The notes below the pieces were generated by a model that saw only the letters and a list, made by a program, of their open reading frames with translations, was not told the DNA's origin and did no database searches. 64,000 bases of DNA from a virus (lineage: Duplodnaviria > Caudoviricetes). A program made the translations under genes and the position numbers. The stretch spans positions 1 through 64,000 of the IMG/VR virus record IMGVR_UViG_2974555739_000001, one strand, 5' to 3'. Of this stretch, positions 54,924 through 64,000 are shown piece by piece (positions within the stretch are counted from its first letter, which is position 1; every line of letters begins with the position of its first letter).

Positions 54924-55700
54924 TCACCAAATGTTAGCGAATAATTGAGCTACATTACTACGTTCTGACTTCTGCATTTCAACTAGCCCTACCAGCGAAG
55001 GCCATCCGTTGTTTTCAAATGCTTTAACACCATTCAGAAGGCCGTTTTTATCACCTCTGTATTTATGGTCAAACGCTTGTTTATAATCACCAGCGTAAAC
55101 GATCTTGCTCTTAAATCCTACCCTAGAACCTAACATTTGAAACAAGTCATTACAAAGCATTTGAGCTTCTTCAACAATAACAAATGTCTTGTCCCATGTG
55201 ATCCCCTGTTGATAAGCAGGAGTATCGAATTCAATAGAAGACATTAAATCGTAAGCTTCATCGCCGCAAAGGTTAGTGATTGTCTTGATCCAGGGCGCTA
55301 ATTTTTCTTCTTTCGTTCCTGGTAATAGACCTAAATCCTTTCCGACTGTAGCAGGATTACGTAAAATTAAGATTTTTTCAATAGGATTGTGATAATCGAT
55401 TAGCTTTTTTAATGCAAATTCGAAAGCCATTCTTGTTTTACCACCACCGGCAACACCGGTTAAAATTTTTACAGGGATTTCATCGTTATCTAATAAATCG
55501 AAAGCCATTTTCTGTTCTGTATTTCTAGGTTTGATTGACTTTACATCGTAAGCTAGAGGAACTAATTCTTGACCATTCCAGCGGAAAATATCAGCATTAT
55601 CAATAATAATGTACTGATTATTATAAAATGTACCGCCTTGTTCGATATGAGCGTTTAGTTCGTCACTTGTGAAATTTTGAAATCCTTTGTAAATATCCAT
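54924..55700 (-). CDS. phoH: PhoH-family ATPase
   Basis: PRN.EQK.A, G.AGGGKT, IVEEAQ, GD.KQ, RS.VA. Confidence 0.9.
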   Translation of the reverse strand: MDIYKGFQNFTSDELNAHIEQGGTFYNNQYIIIDNADIFRWNGQELVPLAYDVKSIKPRNTEQKMAFDLLDNDEIPVKILTGVAGGGKTRMAFEFALKKLIDYHNPIEKILILRNPATVGKDLGLLPGTKEEKLAPWIKTITNLCGDEAYDLMSSIEFDTPAYQQGITWDKTFVIVEEAQMLCNDLFQMLGSRVGFKSKIVYAGDYKQAFDHKYRGDKNGLLNGVKAFENNGWPSLVGLVEMQKSERSNVAQLFANIW

Positions 55701-55717
55701 GTAAAAACCTCTTCCTG

Positions 55718-56320
55718 TTAATTGATTGGATTACCTTCTGTATCGATAACTGTAGCGTTTTCAGGTACGAATAACAGTTTTCTAGTTGGGAATTTCATCA
55801 TTGTGTTCATCAGGATTTCGTGGCCCTGTTCTTTATGGTGCTTCAATACTTCGATTGTAGCTTTAATGTCATGGTACGCGTCATGGTGATTGTCCAGTTT
55901 AATACCTAGACGTTCACACGTTGGTTTTAATGACGAATTTTCATCAGGATAATGATACTGATTTAATGTTTTGGTGCAAATGAATGAACCTAAGTTAAGC
56001 TTCAAACATGGATCACCTTGATTCAAGAAAGCTAAATCGAATGAAGCGAATTGAGCTACAGTAATCGTATCTTTTAACAAATCACTAATCATATAAATTG
56101 CATCTTCTTCATCAAGGCCATGCTGCAAGTCTTCTTTTTTCACTTTAAGCAGCTCCATAATGAAAGGAGTTAATTGCTTACCTCTACGAAGCTTAACTTT
56201 GAAGTTTGTTTCTCCAACGATATTGAAATCTTCATCTGTACGGATCAAAGCAGCTTGAATAATTTGATCTGCTCCTGGAATCAAACCTGTTGTTTCTAAA
56301 TCAATAAATGAATATACCAT
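55718..56320 (-). CDS. DEDDh 3'-5' exonuclease (DnaQ-like)
   Basis: IDLETTG, FD..FL, H.A..D. Confidence 0.9.
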   Translation of the reverse strand: MVYSFIDLETTGLIPGADQIIQAALIRTDEDFNIVGETNFKVKLRRGKQLTPFIMELLKVKKEDLQHGLDEEDAIYMISDLLKDTITVAQFASFDLAFLNQGDPCLKLNLGSFICTKTLNQYHYPDENSSLKPTCERLGIKLDNHHDAYHDIKATIEVLKHHKEQGHEILMNTMMKFPTRKLLFVPENATVIDTEGNPIN

Positions 56321-56333
56321 ACCTTAACCACTC

Positions 56334-56834
56334 CTATTTAATCATTTCCCAATTGACCTTGCGAACCTTACCATCTTCCTTGTACCATTCCGTGTTACAT
56401 TTTGTACAGAAAGCCTGATTAGTTTCTTCTGATGGTGACTGTAAATTATGTACTCCTAATCGACGTACGTACTTAGTATCTTTACAAGTAGGGCAACGTT
56501 CAAAGTTTTTCCACTTCAGATTTTCGTATTTGAAACGTCTTTCAGTAGAAACGTCACGACTTTTGATAAAATTAGAAACTGTACTAGTCGGTAATTTTGT
56601 ATCCTGGACGATTGAATAAATGCTATAACCATTTAAAAAGCGGTCAGTTATGACATCTTTAACTTCTTCAGTAAATAAGAAGCGTTTACCATTTCCAATG
56701 TAATTCTTATTCAAATCAAGATAGTTACAAAGGTCATTTTTAACACTTTCTTCATTTTCATAATCCATTTCGATCATGATATCCTTTAGGCTTTCACCTT
56801 CAGCGTACAGTTTAGCTAACTTAATCATTAACAT
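56334..56834 (-). CDS. HTH plus Zn-ribbon hypothetical protein
   Basis: GYSIYSIVQDTKLPTSTV HTH-like segment; CPTC...CTKC. Confidence 0.55.
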   Translation of the reverse strand: MLMIKLAKLYAEGESLKDIMIEMDYENEESVKNDLCNYLDLNKNYIGNGKRFLFTEEVKDVITDRFLNGYSIYSIVQDTKLPTSTVSNFIKSRDVSTERRFKYENLKWKNFERCPTCKDTKYVRRLGVHNLQSPSEETNQAFCTKCNTEWYKEDGKVRKVNWEMIK

Positions 56835-56856
56835 TTCCCCCTTGAATCAGGGGAGA

Positions 56857-57849
56857 TTATTCATCCCCTGAACTATTCATTTCTTCCATAAGTAAACGTA
56901 GACGGTTAATTACTAATCGCGCCTGATCCTTTGTGAGTTCTGTCGGATTGGCTATTTTACTATTGGTTGCTTCTTGCATTATCTCTACAGCACGTTCACC
57001 TGAAATACCTAATTGGTTGTTTACTAAGTCAACGATATCGTCAATCATCTTAGCTAATTCACCATCTGTCTTAATGACATTTGTTTGGCCCACTTTTTCT
57101 TTAGCGAAACCTTCATCTTTTTGTGACATTTCGATAATCATATTTACCAGCGAACGATTGTCGAAGTTATCAATCACATCAGGCAGCAAGCTATTCCCTT
57201 TAGAATCCTTCAGACGGTTCTTTTTCAATTGGGCCGTGTAAACACCTTTTGACTTTTCTGAAAGGATGTAGTGTACGTCTAGTTCGTGGATCAGACGTTT
57301 ATCACAATCAGCTTTAATCGGATTAACTGCATCAATCTTCATAAATGTACCTTTTAGGTAGTTATCAGAAGCGTGTGCTGTAACAAATAAATGAACATCC
57401 AGCTCTTTCAAGTTTTCGATGATTTCATAAAATTCATCTTTTGGCGTTTCGTATTCAGTAGGTTCAAGCTTTGTTTTACCCCACTGTTTCTTCCAATAAC
57501 TTTTAATTTTGTTGTACAATACTGTACCTGACTCTAAAGCGATTGATTTAAACGGTAATTGTTGTCCTGAACGCTTGAAAGCTAACAGCTGTTGAGTAAG
57601 AGCTAAAACTTCTTGTGGATTAGATGTCTTGTACACCTTAATTCCATCGACTTCTTTAGCTAACTGACTAAAACCACTACGTTCCATATCGATAGCCCAC
57701 AAAGGCTTAGGAGCGCCGTAAGCGATAGATGATGTTTTACCACTACCTGAAGGGCCGGTTAGTAAAACTTTAACAGGTTCAGCACCTTGAGCAGCCGCAT
57801 CCTGGAAATTATTCATAAGGTTGAATTGATTCATGTTCATTTGATTCAT
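56857..57849 (-). CDS. AAA_24 / Sak4-like ATPase (recombinase)
   Basis: LLTGPSGSGKT, IDME, FVTAH; adjacent to SSB. Confidence 0.7.
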   Translation of the reverse strand: MNQMNMNQFNLMNNFQDAAAQGAEPVKVLLTGPSGSGKTSSIAYGAPKPLWAIDMERSGFSQLAKEVDGIKVYKTSNPQEVLALTQQLLAFKRSGQQLPFKSIALESGTVLYNKIKSYWKKQWGKTKLEPTEYETPKDEFYEIIENLKELDVHLFVTAHASDNYLKGTFMKIDAVNPIKADCDKRLIHELDVHYILSEKSKGVYTAQLKKNRLKDSKGNSLLPDVIDNFDNRSLVNMIIEMSQKDEGFAKEKVGQTNVIKTDGELAKMIDDIVDLVNNQLGISGERAVEIMQEATNSKIANPTELTKDQARLVINRLRLLMEEMNSSGDE

Positions 57850-57896
57850 CTAATTACCTCCAATTTTATTAAAGAAGGGGAATTAATCCCCTTTAA

Positions 57897-58898
57897 TTAT
57901 GAGCCGAATGGAAATTGACCAGTGTATCCAGTGTCACTTCCAGGGAATTGTTGACCGTTTTGTTGTTGATTAAATCCCTGTTGTTGTTCAAAGCCAGCTT
58001 GTCCACCAAACGTTTGCTGTTGGAAGTTGTTAGCTTGCTGCTGATTGAATTGTGTTTCATTTCCTTGTGAGAAACCACCGTTTTCATTTGGTGGGTTGAA
58101 TCCTGGTGGTGGCCCTTGTTGTTGCTGTTGTTGCTGATTTTGGAATCCTTGTTGTTGGAATCCATTTTGTTGACCAGCGAAACCATTTGAGAAGCCGCCG
58201 CCTTCAGGAGCTTTTAACATTTTGAATTTCTTAACTTCAATACGTTCAATTTTCTCACCTGAACCTTCAGCCATTCCGAATTCATCATAAGTTACATCAT
58301 CTTTATTGATGTAGTAATAACCGATATCAACATTAGCACCATCAGGAGTGTTAGCAATTTGCTGAACTAATTCCGGATCAACCGCTTCTAATGTAAGAAT
58401 TGAAACATCAATTGGTTCACCATTAGCTCGTGTTGCGCGGTTCTTTTTATTTTTACGATCTGTAGCATAAAAGGCGATTTTGAATTGAATACCGTCTTTT
58501 GATTGCTGCTTACCGAACATTTCACCTGAAATACGTCCTGAAACTTTATCTTCCATTTCTTCGCCTTTAACAGTGATTGGTTTCTCTAACTCAACGAATG
58601 ATGTGAAGTTAGTGAATGTTTTTCCTGTTGTCGTTACGAACTGACTGATTTGAGCTAATCCAGCACGTACACGCGGTTTAGGATCAGCGATTGGAAATTG
58701 ATTGATACTAGCTTGTGCCTTATCTAACATTGGAATGCGAAGGTTTACAGAACCGAAACCTGTTGCATTTAGCAAGAAGTCCCAACCATATTCTGTTTGG
58801 TCATTTCGTAGTGCTGGTGAGCCGTATACTAGCTTACCAACTACCATTCCTAAGTTGTTATAAGAAAAATTTGGATTAAATTGCGGTGCTTGATTCAT
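57897..58898 (-). CDS. Single-stranded DNA-binding protein
   Basis: Two OB-fold-like halves; long Q/G/N/F low-complexity tail ending FPF. Confidence 0.7.
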   Translation of the reverse strand: MNQAPQFNPNFSYNNLGMVVGKLVYGSPALRNDQTEYGWDFLLNATGFGSVNLRIPMLDKAQASINQFPIADPKPRVRAGLAQISQFVTTTGKTFTNFTSFVELEKPITVKGEEMEDKVSGRISGEMFGKQQSKDGIQFKIAFYATDRKNKKNRATRANGEPIDVSILTLEAVDPELVQQIANTPDGANVDIGYYYINKDDVTYDEFGMAEGSGEKIERIEVKKFKMLKAPEGGGFSNGFAGQQNGFQQQGFQNQQQQQQQGPPPGFNPPNENGGFSQGNETQFNQQQANNFQQQTFGGQAGFEQQQGFNQQQNGQQFPGSDTGYTGQFPFGS

Positions 58899-58940
58899 AA
58901 TTTTTTCTACCTCCTGATTGGTTAACTACTTTCTGATATA

Positions 58941-58970
58941 AATATATCATGGATAGTTTTGGTTCGTCAA
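58941..58970 (-). promoter_or_regulatory. Sigma-A promoter (replication operon)
   Basis: TTGACG-N18-TATATT with extended TG. Confidence 0.65.
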
Positions 58971-59010
58971 TAATTATTTTTCCATTTGGTTATAAATTAG
59001 TTATAGATGG

Positions 59011-59283
59011 TCATATACTATTAAGTTCGATCTCAAAACAACGACTTAAAATGTTTGATAATTGTGATTGAGTCTTGTAAGCTTGCATACCATTCTTAGT
59101 TACATTGATGGTCAATACATCTGAAGCGTACGTTCCACTTCTGCCACGGCCTGAATGTGACATAAACATCTGAAATTCCAGGATGTCACCTACTTCGATA
59201 TGTTCAAAGAAGTAAGCTTTCGTTTTAGCTTTAATAGCAGTTACTTTGTACTGTTGACTGATTAAAGGGATGGAATTCATCAA
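59011..59283 (-). CDS. Hypothetical protein
   Basis: GAGGTG RBS; IEVGDIL motif. Confidence 0.6.
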   Translation of the reverse strand: MMNSIPLISQQYKVTAIKAKTKAYFFEHIEVGDILEFQMFMSHSGRGRSGTYASDVLTINVTKNGMQAYKTQSQLSNILSRCFEIELNSI

Positions 59284-59297
59284 ATCACCTCATAATT

Positions 59298-60356
59298 TTA
59301 TAGTTCATCAAATCCGTTGCTTGATCCAGCTTTCTTATAATCATCCGGTTTACGTTCAAAGAAGTCAGTTTTCTTAGCGCCTTCTGTTTCATAATATTGA
59401 ATCCAACGTAGCGGATTTGAACGATAACCTTCAAAGATGCGTTCTTTACCAAATCCTAATTCGTTTACACGTTTGTTCGCCATGAATTTAACGTAGTCCT
59501 GAACTTCAACAACGTTAAGTCCTTCAATTTTGTTGCCGATGATGTATGAAGCCCAATTAATTTCTAATTCAGCTGCTTTTGTAAAAGTATTAATAACAAA
59601 CTGCTCCATCTTTTTCTTATCAATTTGCGGATTTTCTTCTAAAACTGCTTTAAATAAGTCGCAGAAGAAACCTACGTGAATTTGTTCATCACGATTGATA
59701 AAGTTAATCATCTTAGCAGTAGCTAACATCTTTTTGTTTCTTGCTAAATTGTAGAAAAATGCAAATCCACTGTAGAAGAATAGCCCTTCCAGGATAACGT
59801 CATAAACCATTGACTCAAGAAAATTCTCTACTGTCTTGTCATCAGTGAACTTTTCATAACCTTTAGCTAGGAAATCATTTCGTTCACGTAAAACTTCATC
59901 TGTACGCCAATAATCGAATGTTTTATCTTGTACAGCGCGGTTAACTAGTGACGATAAAACGTAAGTATAAGATTCATTATGAACAACTTCCTGGAAAGCA
60001 AGTGTGATTAATGTTGCATTTAGTGATGAATCAGTCACATAATCAGCAATACGGCCCACGTAATCAGACTGTACGGAATCCAAAAATGCAAGCAAACCGA
60101 TAATTTTAAGGAAAGCTTCTTGTTCGTGTTCCGTCAAATGAGGAAATTGTTTAATATCTGTACTCATATCGACTTCATCAGCGAACCATGTGTTACTAAT
60201 CATTTTCTTATATTTCGTACGCGCGAATTGATAACGGATATCTGACCAATTCAGGATATTTGAACTTTCACCATTTACAATCCCTGTTGATTTATTTGGT
60301 GCTTCGACATCGTACAGTTTTCTTTCTTTCATTTTACTCTTCCTCTCTTTTTTCAA
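59298..60356 (-). CDS. nrdB: Ribonucleotide reductase class I beta subunit
   Basis: LDSVQ, QEVVHNESY, LEG..FYSGF, RDE..H; C-terminal DFFE. Confidence 0.93.
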   Translation of the reverse strand: MKKERKSKMKERKLYDVEAPNKSTGIVNGESSNILNWSDIRYQFARTKYKKMISNTWFADEVDMSTDIKQFPHLTEHEQEAFLKIIGLLAFLDSVQSDYVGRIADYVTDSSLNATLITLAFQEVVHNESYTYVLSSLVNRAVQDKTFDYWRTDEVLRERNDFLAKGYEKFTDDKTVENFLESMVYDVILEGLFFYSGFAFFYNLARNKKMLATAKMINFINRDEQIHVGFFCDLFKAVLEENPQIDKKKMEQFVINTFTKAAELEINWASYIIGNKIEGLNVVEVQDYVKFMANKRVNELGFGKERIFEGYRSNPLRWIQYYETEGAKKTDFFERKPDDYKKAGSSNGFDEL

Positions 60357-60385
60357 AAATAAGAAGGGGAATTAACCCCCTCCTG

Positions 60386-62731
60386 TTAACTATGACAAGA
60401 TTCACATTCATCGATGACTTCTTGCGATTGACTACGTACATAATAAGTTGTCTTCAGTCTTTCTCTCCATGCTGTCATGTGTAAGTCAAGCAGCTCTTTA
60501 GCTTTGATTTCACTTGGAACATATAAGTTGAATGAAACAGCTTGGTCAATATGTTTTTGACGTGCTGCATTCTGTAAAATACTCCAATTTTGGTCAATTA
60601 CATAAGCTGTTTTATAGAACCATTGGTTAGTTGGATTAATTCCTGGTGCTGTTCTAACCACACGGTACTTACCTTTCTCTTCTTGATATACTTTACGGAA
60701 CACCGGATCAATACTAGCTGTTGTTCCTGCAATGATAGCTGTTGAAGAGTTAGGAGCTACCGCCATTAGATAAGCATTACGCATGCCATTTGTCATAACA
60801 TTCTTCGCTAAATCCTCCCAACGATCAGGGAAAGAAAGTTCATCTACTGTATCTCGTGCAATATAACCTTTACGAGCGAAATATTCACCTGTTTCCCATT
60901 CAGAACCTTCAAACAGTGGATATTCTTCTTTTTCCTTCGCTAATTCCATACTAGCTTTGATGGTATAATAAGCGATATCTTCGTACAAACTATCATTGAA
61001 ATCTACTGCTTCTTGACTTTCCCATCTGATCTTTTTCTGAACAAGTAGATCATGTAGACCATATGTTCCCAAACCAATAGCGCGGTAACGATGGTTAGTG
61101 TATTTTGCAACAGCTAAAGGTAAGTCATTAAGATCGATAACATTGTCCAGCATGCGAACTTGAATCGGAATTAATCTTTCTAACACGTCATCAGTAACAG
61201 CACGAGCTAAATTAATGGAAGACAAGTTACATACTACCATATCACCTAACACTTTTTCTTGAGTCGAACGGCCTGTTTTTAGGTCTAAATTTTCATCAAG
61301 GTAATAAGTTTGTGATTGGTTTTGTGTAATTTCTGTACATAAGTTAGAACAATAAATCATACCTTTGTGTTTTTGTGAGTTCTCACGGTTAACTTGGTCA
61401 CGATAGAACATATACGGTGTTCCTGTTTCCAATTGAGAACGCATGATACCCTTCATGATGTCAATAGCAGGAACAACACGCTTATCAAGATCGTTGTTAT
61501 TCACGCATTCATAATAGAATTCACGGAATGAACCACTGATTTTACGATTTCCTTCTTCATCAAACTCTTCAATTTCATCAAAGTGATCTTCAATTCGTTT
61601 ACCTGTTACTTTGTAAACCTGGTGAGGATCAAATAAATACCAATCTCCACGCGATTCAACTTTTTCCATGAATAAATCAGGGATACAAACGCCGGTGAAA
61701 ATGTCACGAGCACGTTTTCTTTCATCACCTGTATTTAATCGAAGGTCAAGGAATGAAAAAATGTCTTGATGCCATACGTCCAAATAGACCGCCATTGCAC
61801 CTTGTCGTTGACCTAACTGATCCACACTGATAGCTGTTTCGTTAACAAGTTTAGTCCACGGTACTGTTCCACCACAAACGCCTTTGAATCCTTTGATATC
61901 TGAACCCAATGAGCGAACGTGGCCCATATAAATTCCGATGCCGCCGCCATTTTTCGAAAGTTGAGCGATATTATCAAGTGTTCCGTAAATAGCTTTAAGA
62001 TCATCGCCCATTGTATCGATAAAGCAGCTTGATAATTGACCGTAACTCTTACCAGCATTAGCTAAAGTCGGTGTTGCAACGGTCATATACAGGCTAGACA
62101 AGGCCCAATAAGCTTCTTGAACTAATGCGACACGTTGTTCAGATTTTTCTTTAACCATCAAAGTCATAGCGATAATCATAAAACGTTCTTGTGGTAATTC
62201 GAACTTATTTTTAGCATGATCTGTAGCTAAATATTTATCTTCTAAAGCTAACAATCCTGCATAAGTGAAAAGCTTGTCCATTTCAGGATTAATCATATCA
62301 CTGAAGCGGTTAATCTCTTCTTCTGTATATTCAGCTAGAAGCCATTTAGCATAAATACCTTCTTGAGCTAATCGTTTGACCAGGGTATATAACGAACCGT
62401 ACTTTTCTTTCGGATCGTAACAACGATTTTTTGCAGCTTTCTTATAAAGATCACGCAAAAAGAATTCAGCTGATAAATATGTCCAATCAGGTTCTTCTAC
62501 TGATGTGTTTTCGCTACTAACCATAAGCATTAAGTTAGTGATTTGATCTGCTGTATATTCATCTTTAAATTGGATGTTACCAATAATACTTGCTTTAAAT
62601 CGTCGTAACGATGCATCAGGGATATCAATACCTTCAGCAGCACTATCGATATATCTTTCTAAGCGGTACGGATCAAACGGTAAGCTACGAGCGCCGTTAT
62701 CTTTAATGATTTGTGTCATAATGACCTCCAT
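60386..62731 (-). CDS. nrdA: Ribonucleotide reductase class I alpha subunit with N-terminal ATP-cone-like region
   Basis: TPTLANAG, LSSCF, GGGIG, SNLCTE, APNSS, KT.YY, C-terminal CESC; no intein or intron visible. Confidence 0.95.
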   Translation of the reverse strand: MEVIMTQIIKDNGARSLPFDPYRLERYIDSAAEGIDIPDASLRRFKASIIGNIQFKDEYTADQITNLMLMVSSENTSVEEPDWTYLSAEFFLRDLYKKAAKNRCYDPKEKYGSLYTLVKRLAQEGIYAKWLLAEYTEEEINRFSDMINPEMDKLFTYAGLLALEDKYLATDHAKNKFELPQERFMIIAMTLMVKEKSEQRVALVQEAYWALSSLYMTVATPTLANAGKSYGQLSSCFIDTMGDDLKAIYGTLDNIAQLSKNGGGIGIYMGHVRSLGSDIKGFKGVCGGTVPWTKLVNETAISVDQLGQRQGAMAVYLDVWHQDIFSFLDLRLNTGDERKRARDIFTGVCIPDLFMEKVESRGDWYLFDPHQVYKVTGKRIEDHFDEIEEFDEEGNRKISGSFREFYYECVNNNDLDKRVVPAIDIMKGIMRSQLETGTPYMFYRDQVNRENSQKHKGMIYCSNLCTEITQNQSQTYYLDENLDLKTGRSTQEKVLGDMVVCNLSSINLARAVTDDVLERLIPIQVRMLDNVIDLNDLPLAVAKYTNHRYRAIGLGTYGLHDLLVQKKIRWESQEAVDFNDSLYEDIAYYTIKASMELAKEKEEYPLFEGSEWETGEYFARKGYIARDTVDELSFPDRWEDLAKNVMTNGMRNAYLMAVAPNSSTAIIAGTTASIDPVFRKVYQEEKGKYRVVRTAPGINPTNQWFYKTAYVIDQNWSILQNAARQKHIDQAVSFNLYVPSEIKAKELLDLHMTAWRERLKTTYYVRSQSQEVIDECESCHS

Positions 62732-63114
62732 TATTTTGATTTTAAATAAGAAGAAGGATTAACGTCTATATGTTCATAAACCTCTTCTTCAGTTAACTTT
62801 CCTGCATCAATCAAAGTTTGAACTTTGTTCAGGTCAACGTCATCGTTACGGCACAAGTCGAGAAGTCCACGTTCAGCTAGGAAAAACTTCAGCGATTCTT
62901 TCTGCTTCTTCGTTTTTGTTTCGATCACCTGGACTCCACCGTAATTAGTTTTGGCGTATTCACCGACTGCTTCTACTTCGGTTAGGGCCAACTTCTTGTG
63001 CTTTTCTTTCAATTTCTTAGCTGATGTTTCAAGTGATGAATAAAATCGCCACGCTTCAGCTTCACTACTGAACTCCAAACGTCCAATCGTTTCTAAAAAC
63101 TCTCTTCCATTCAT
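62731..63114 (-). CDS. Hypothetical protein
   Basis: GGAGG RBS. Confidence 0.65.
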   Translation of the reverse strand: MNGREFLETIGRLEFSSEAEAWRFYSSLETSAKKLKEKHKKLALTEVEAVGEYAKTNYGGVQVIETKTKKQKESLKFFLAERGLLDLCRNDDVDLNKVQTLIDAGKLTEEEVYEHIDVNPSSYLKSK

Positions 63115-63158
63115 ATAAAAACCTCCATATAAGAGTCTATATGAAGATTTTACATGAA

Positions 63159-63347
63159 TTACTTAACTTTTTCCAGTATTTCTTCTTGTATTTCAGCAAT
63201 AATTTGGCTAAACTTTTTAGAACCTGAACATTGGCCTGAACGGTATCCATAATAATATGTAATTACCGAACAAATTTCTCGTAAGGTTTCTTCATTTTCA
63301 CCATCCAATAAACCACAAAGTTCATCAGAAACAGCATTCTTCTTCAA
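63159..63347 (-). CDS. Hypothetical protein
   Basis: GGGGG RBS, TTG start. Confidence 0.55.
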   Translation of the reverse strand: MKKNAVSDELCGLLDGENEETLREICSVITYYYGYRSGQCSGSKKFSQIIAEIQEEILEKVK

Positions 63348-63475
63348 TAAGAAATCCCCCTTCGTTGTTACTAAAAGTTACTTTATCATTATAATACAGA
63401 ATTGAAATAAAACAAGCCTTTTTATTACATTTGTGATAATTTTGAAATATTTCTCGTTTTTTTGAAATAGTACGT

Positions 63476-63504
63476 GCAATATTTAGATTATCGCCCATAT
63501 ATTA
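63476..63504 (+). promoter_or_regulatory. Sigma-F/sigma-G-like promoter
   Basis: GCAAT...CATATATTA with the same spacing as 8964-8992. Confidence 0.45.
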
Positions 63505-63576
63505 GGATTATGAAAAGGAGTTATTAACTACTTAACAACTTCTTCTCACCTACTTATTAAAAAGGAGTGATGAAGC

Positions 63577-63843
63577 TTGTCTAGCAAGTACATCCGTAAA
63601 CCTGTAGTGTTCAATCGTGAATCTGCTTGGCATATGAGTATCTTGAAACGAATTGAAGGTGAATCGAACAACTTTTCCGGTTATGTAATGTCTATCCTTA
63701 AAGAACACTTCGATACAAAATTACCACTTGAGCCAATTGTTAAGTCTGATCCGGTAGAAAAAGAAAAAGAGCAACCAAAATCAGCTGCTCCTTCCTTTCA
63801 AAAACCCACTAATAATTTACCGCCGAAACTTTTTGGAAAATGA
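63577..63843 (+). CDS. Ribbon-helix-helix-like DNA-binding protein
   Basis: RKPVVFN strand, then helix...NFSGYVMSIL helix; AAGGAG RBS. Confidence 0.55.
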   Translation: MSSKYIRKPVVFNRESAWHMSILKRIEGESNNFSGYVMSILKEHFDTKLPLEPIVKSDPVEKEKEQPKSAAPSFQKPTNNLPPKLFGK

Positions 63844-64000
63844 ATTCCTGGTACTTGCAACTTTTGAATATGAGTAGCATAAACTGTTCGTGTAATCGAA
63901 TTTATGAGTGGAGCGAACAGTTTAAATACCACTTTATACCCAATTAGAAGGGCCATAACCCCACCAATAAACCTGTTAAACCGATACTGATTAAGATTGC

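Noticed and set aside
57900-58200. CAA/CAG-rich run as a microsatellite or separate gene (ORF 57893-58186)
   Set aside because: It is the Q/G/N-rich disordered tail of the SSB; the other frame is a shadow ORF
17453-60310. Spo0A boxes (TGTCGAA/TTCGACA) at several sites
   Set aside because: All those seen are inside coding regions; several such 7-mers are expected by chance in 64 kb
59298-62731. Intron or intein in nrdA/nrdB or thyA (common in Bacillus phages)
   Set aside because: Reading frames are continuous, of normal length and with intact motifs
1-64000. tRNA/rRNA genes, integrase, repressor, arbitrium genes
   Set aside because: No cloverleaf-compatible intergenic sequence or recognisable motifs seen; tRNAscan and HMM searches were not run

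Overview
A 64-kb segment of an AT-rich tailed phage genome with a siphovirus-type (long non-contractile tail) gene set. The host is probably Bacillus/Priestia; this is inferred from sigma-A promoters, Bacillus-type RBSs, and SleB, RsfA, SigF-like and SPP1-holin homologues. The gene set recalls ~80-kb Bacillus siphophages, but this cannot be verified here. Layout: (1) 1-480 non-coding left end; (2) 486-8915 (+) early region of small genes with many sigma-A promoter/terminator cassettes, ending in a two-domain beta-clamp-like gene, a sigma-like factor and a dimeric dUTPase; (3) 9027-11680 (+) RsfA homologue, metallophosphoesterase and LysM-SleB hydrolase; (4) 11816-43733 (+) packaging, head, tail and lysis genes; (5) 43763-63347 (-) replication, recombination and nucleotide metabolism (RuvC-like resolvase, two HNH-AP2 endonucleases, ThyA, SigF/G-like sigma, Cas4-like nuclease, primase, helicase, kinase, PhoH, DEDDh exonuclease, Sak4-like ATPase, SSB, class I RNR); (6) a divergent RHH-like gene at 63577. 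No integrase, DNA polymerase, tRNA, rRNA or CRISPR array was seen in the window. Most notable signals, all read by eye: a recurrent non-sigma-A late promoter (GA[G/T]AAA-N16-RTATTAAT, 9 copies); two identically spaced forespore-type (sigma-F/G-like) promoters upstream of the RsfA homologue and the RHH gene; promoters embedded inside terminators; a LexA-like box before the packaging genes; a nested scaffold start; tail frameshift sites; and a second tail-tube-like paralogue.
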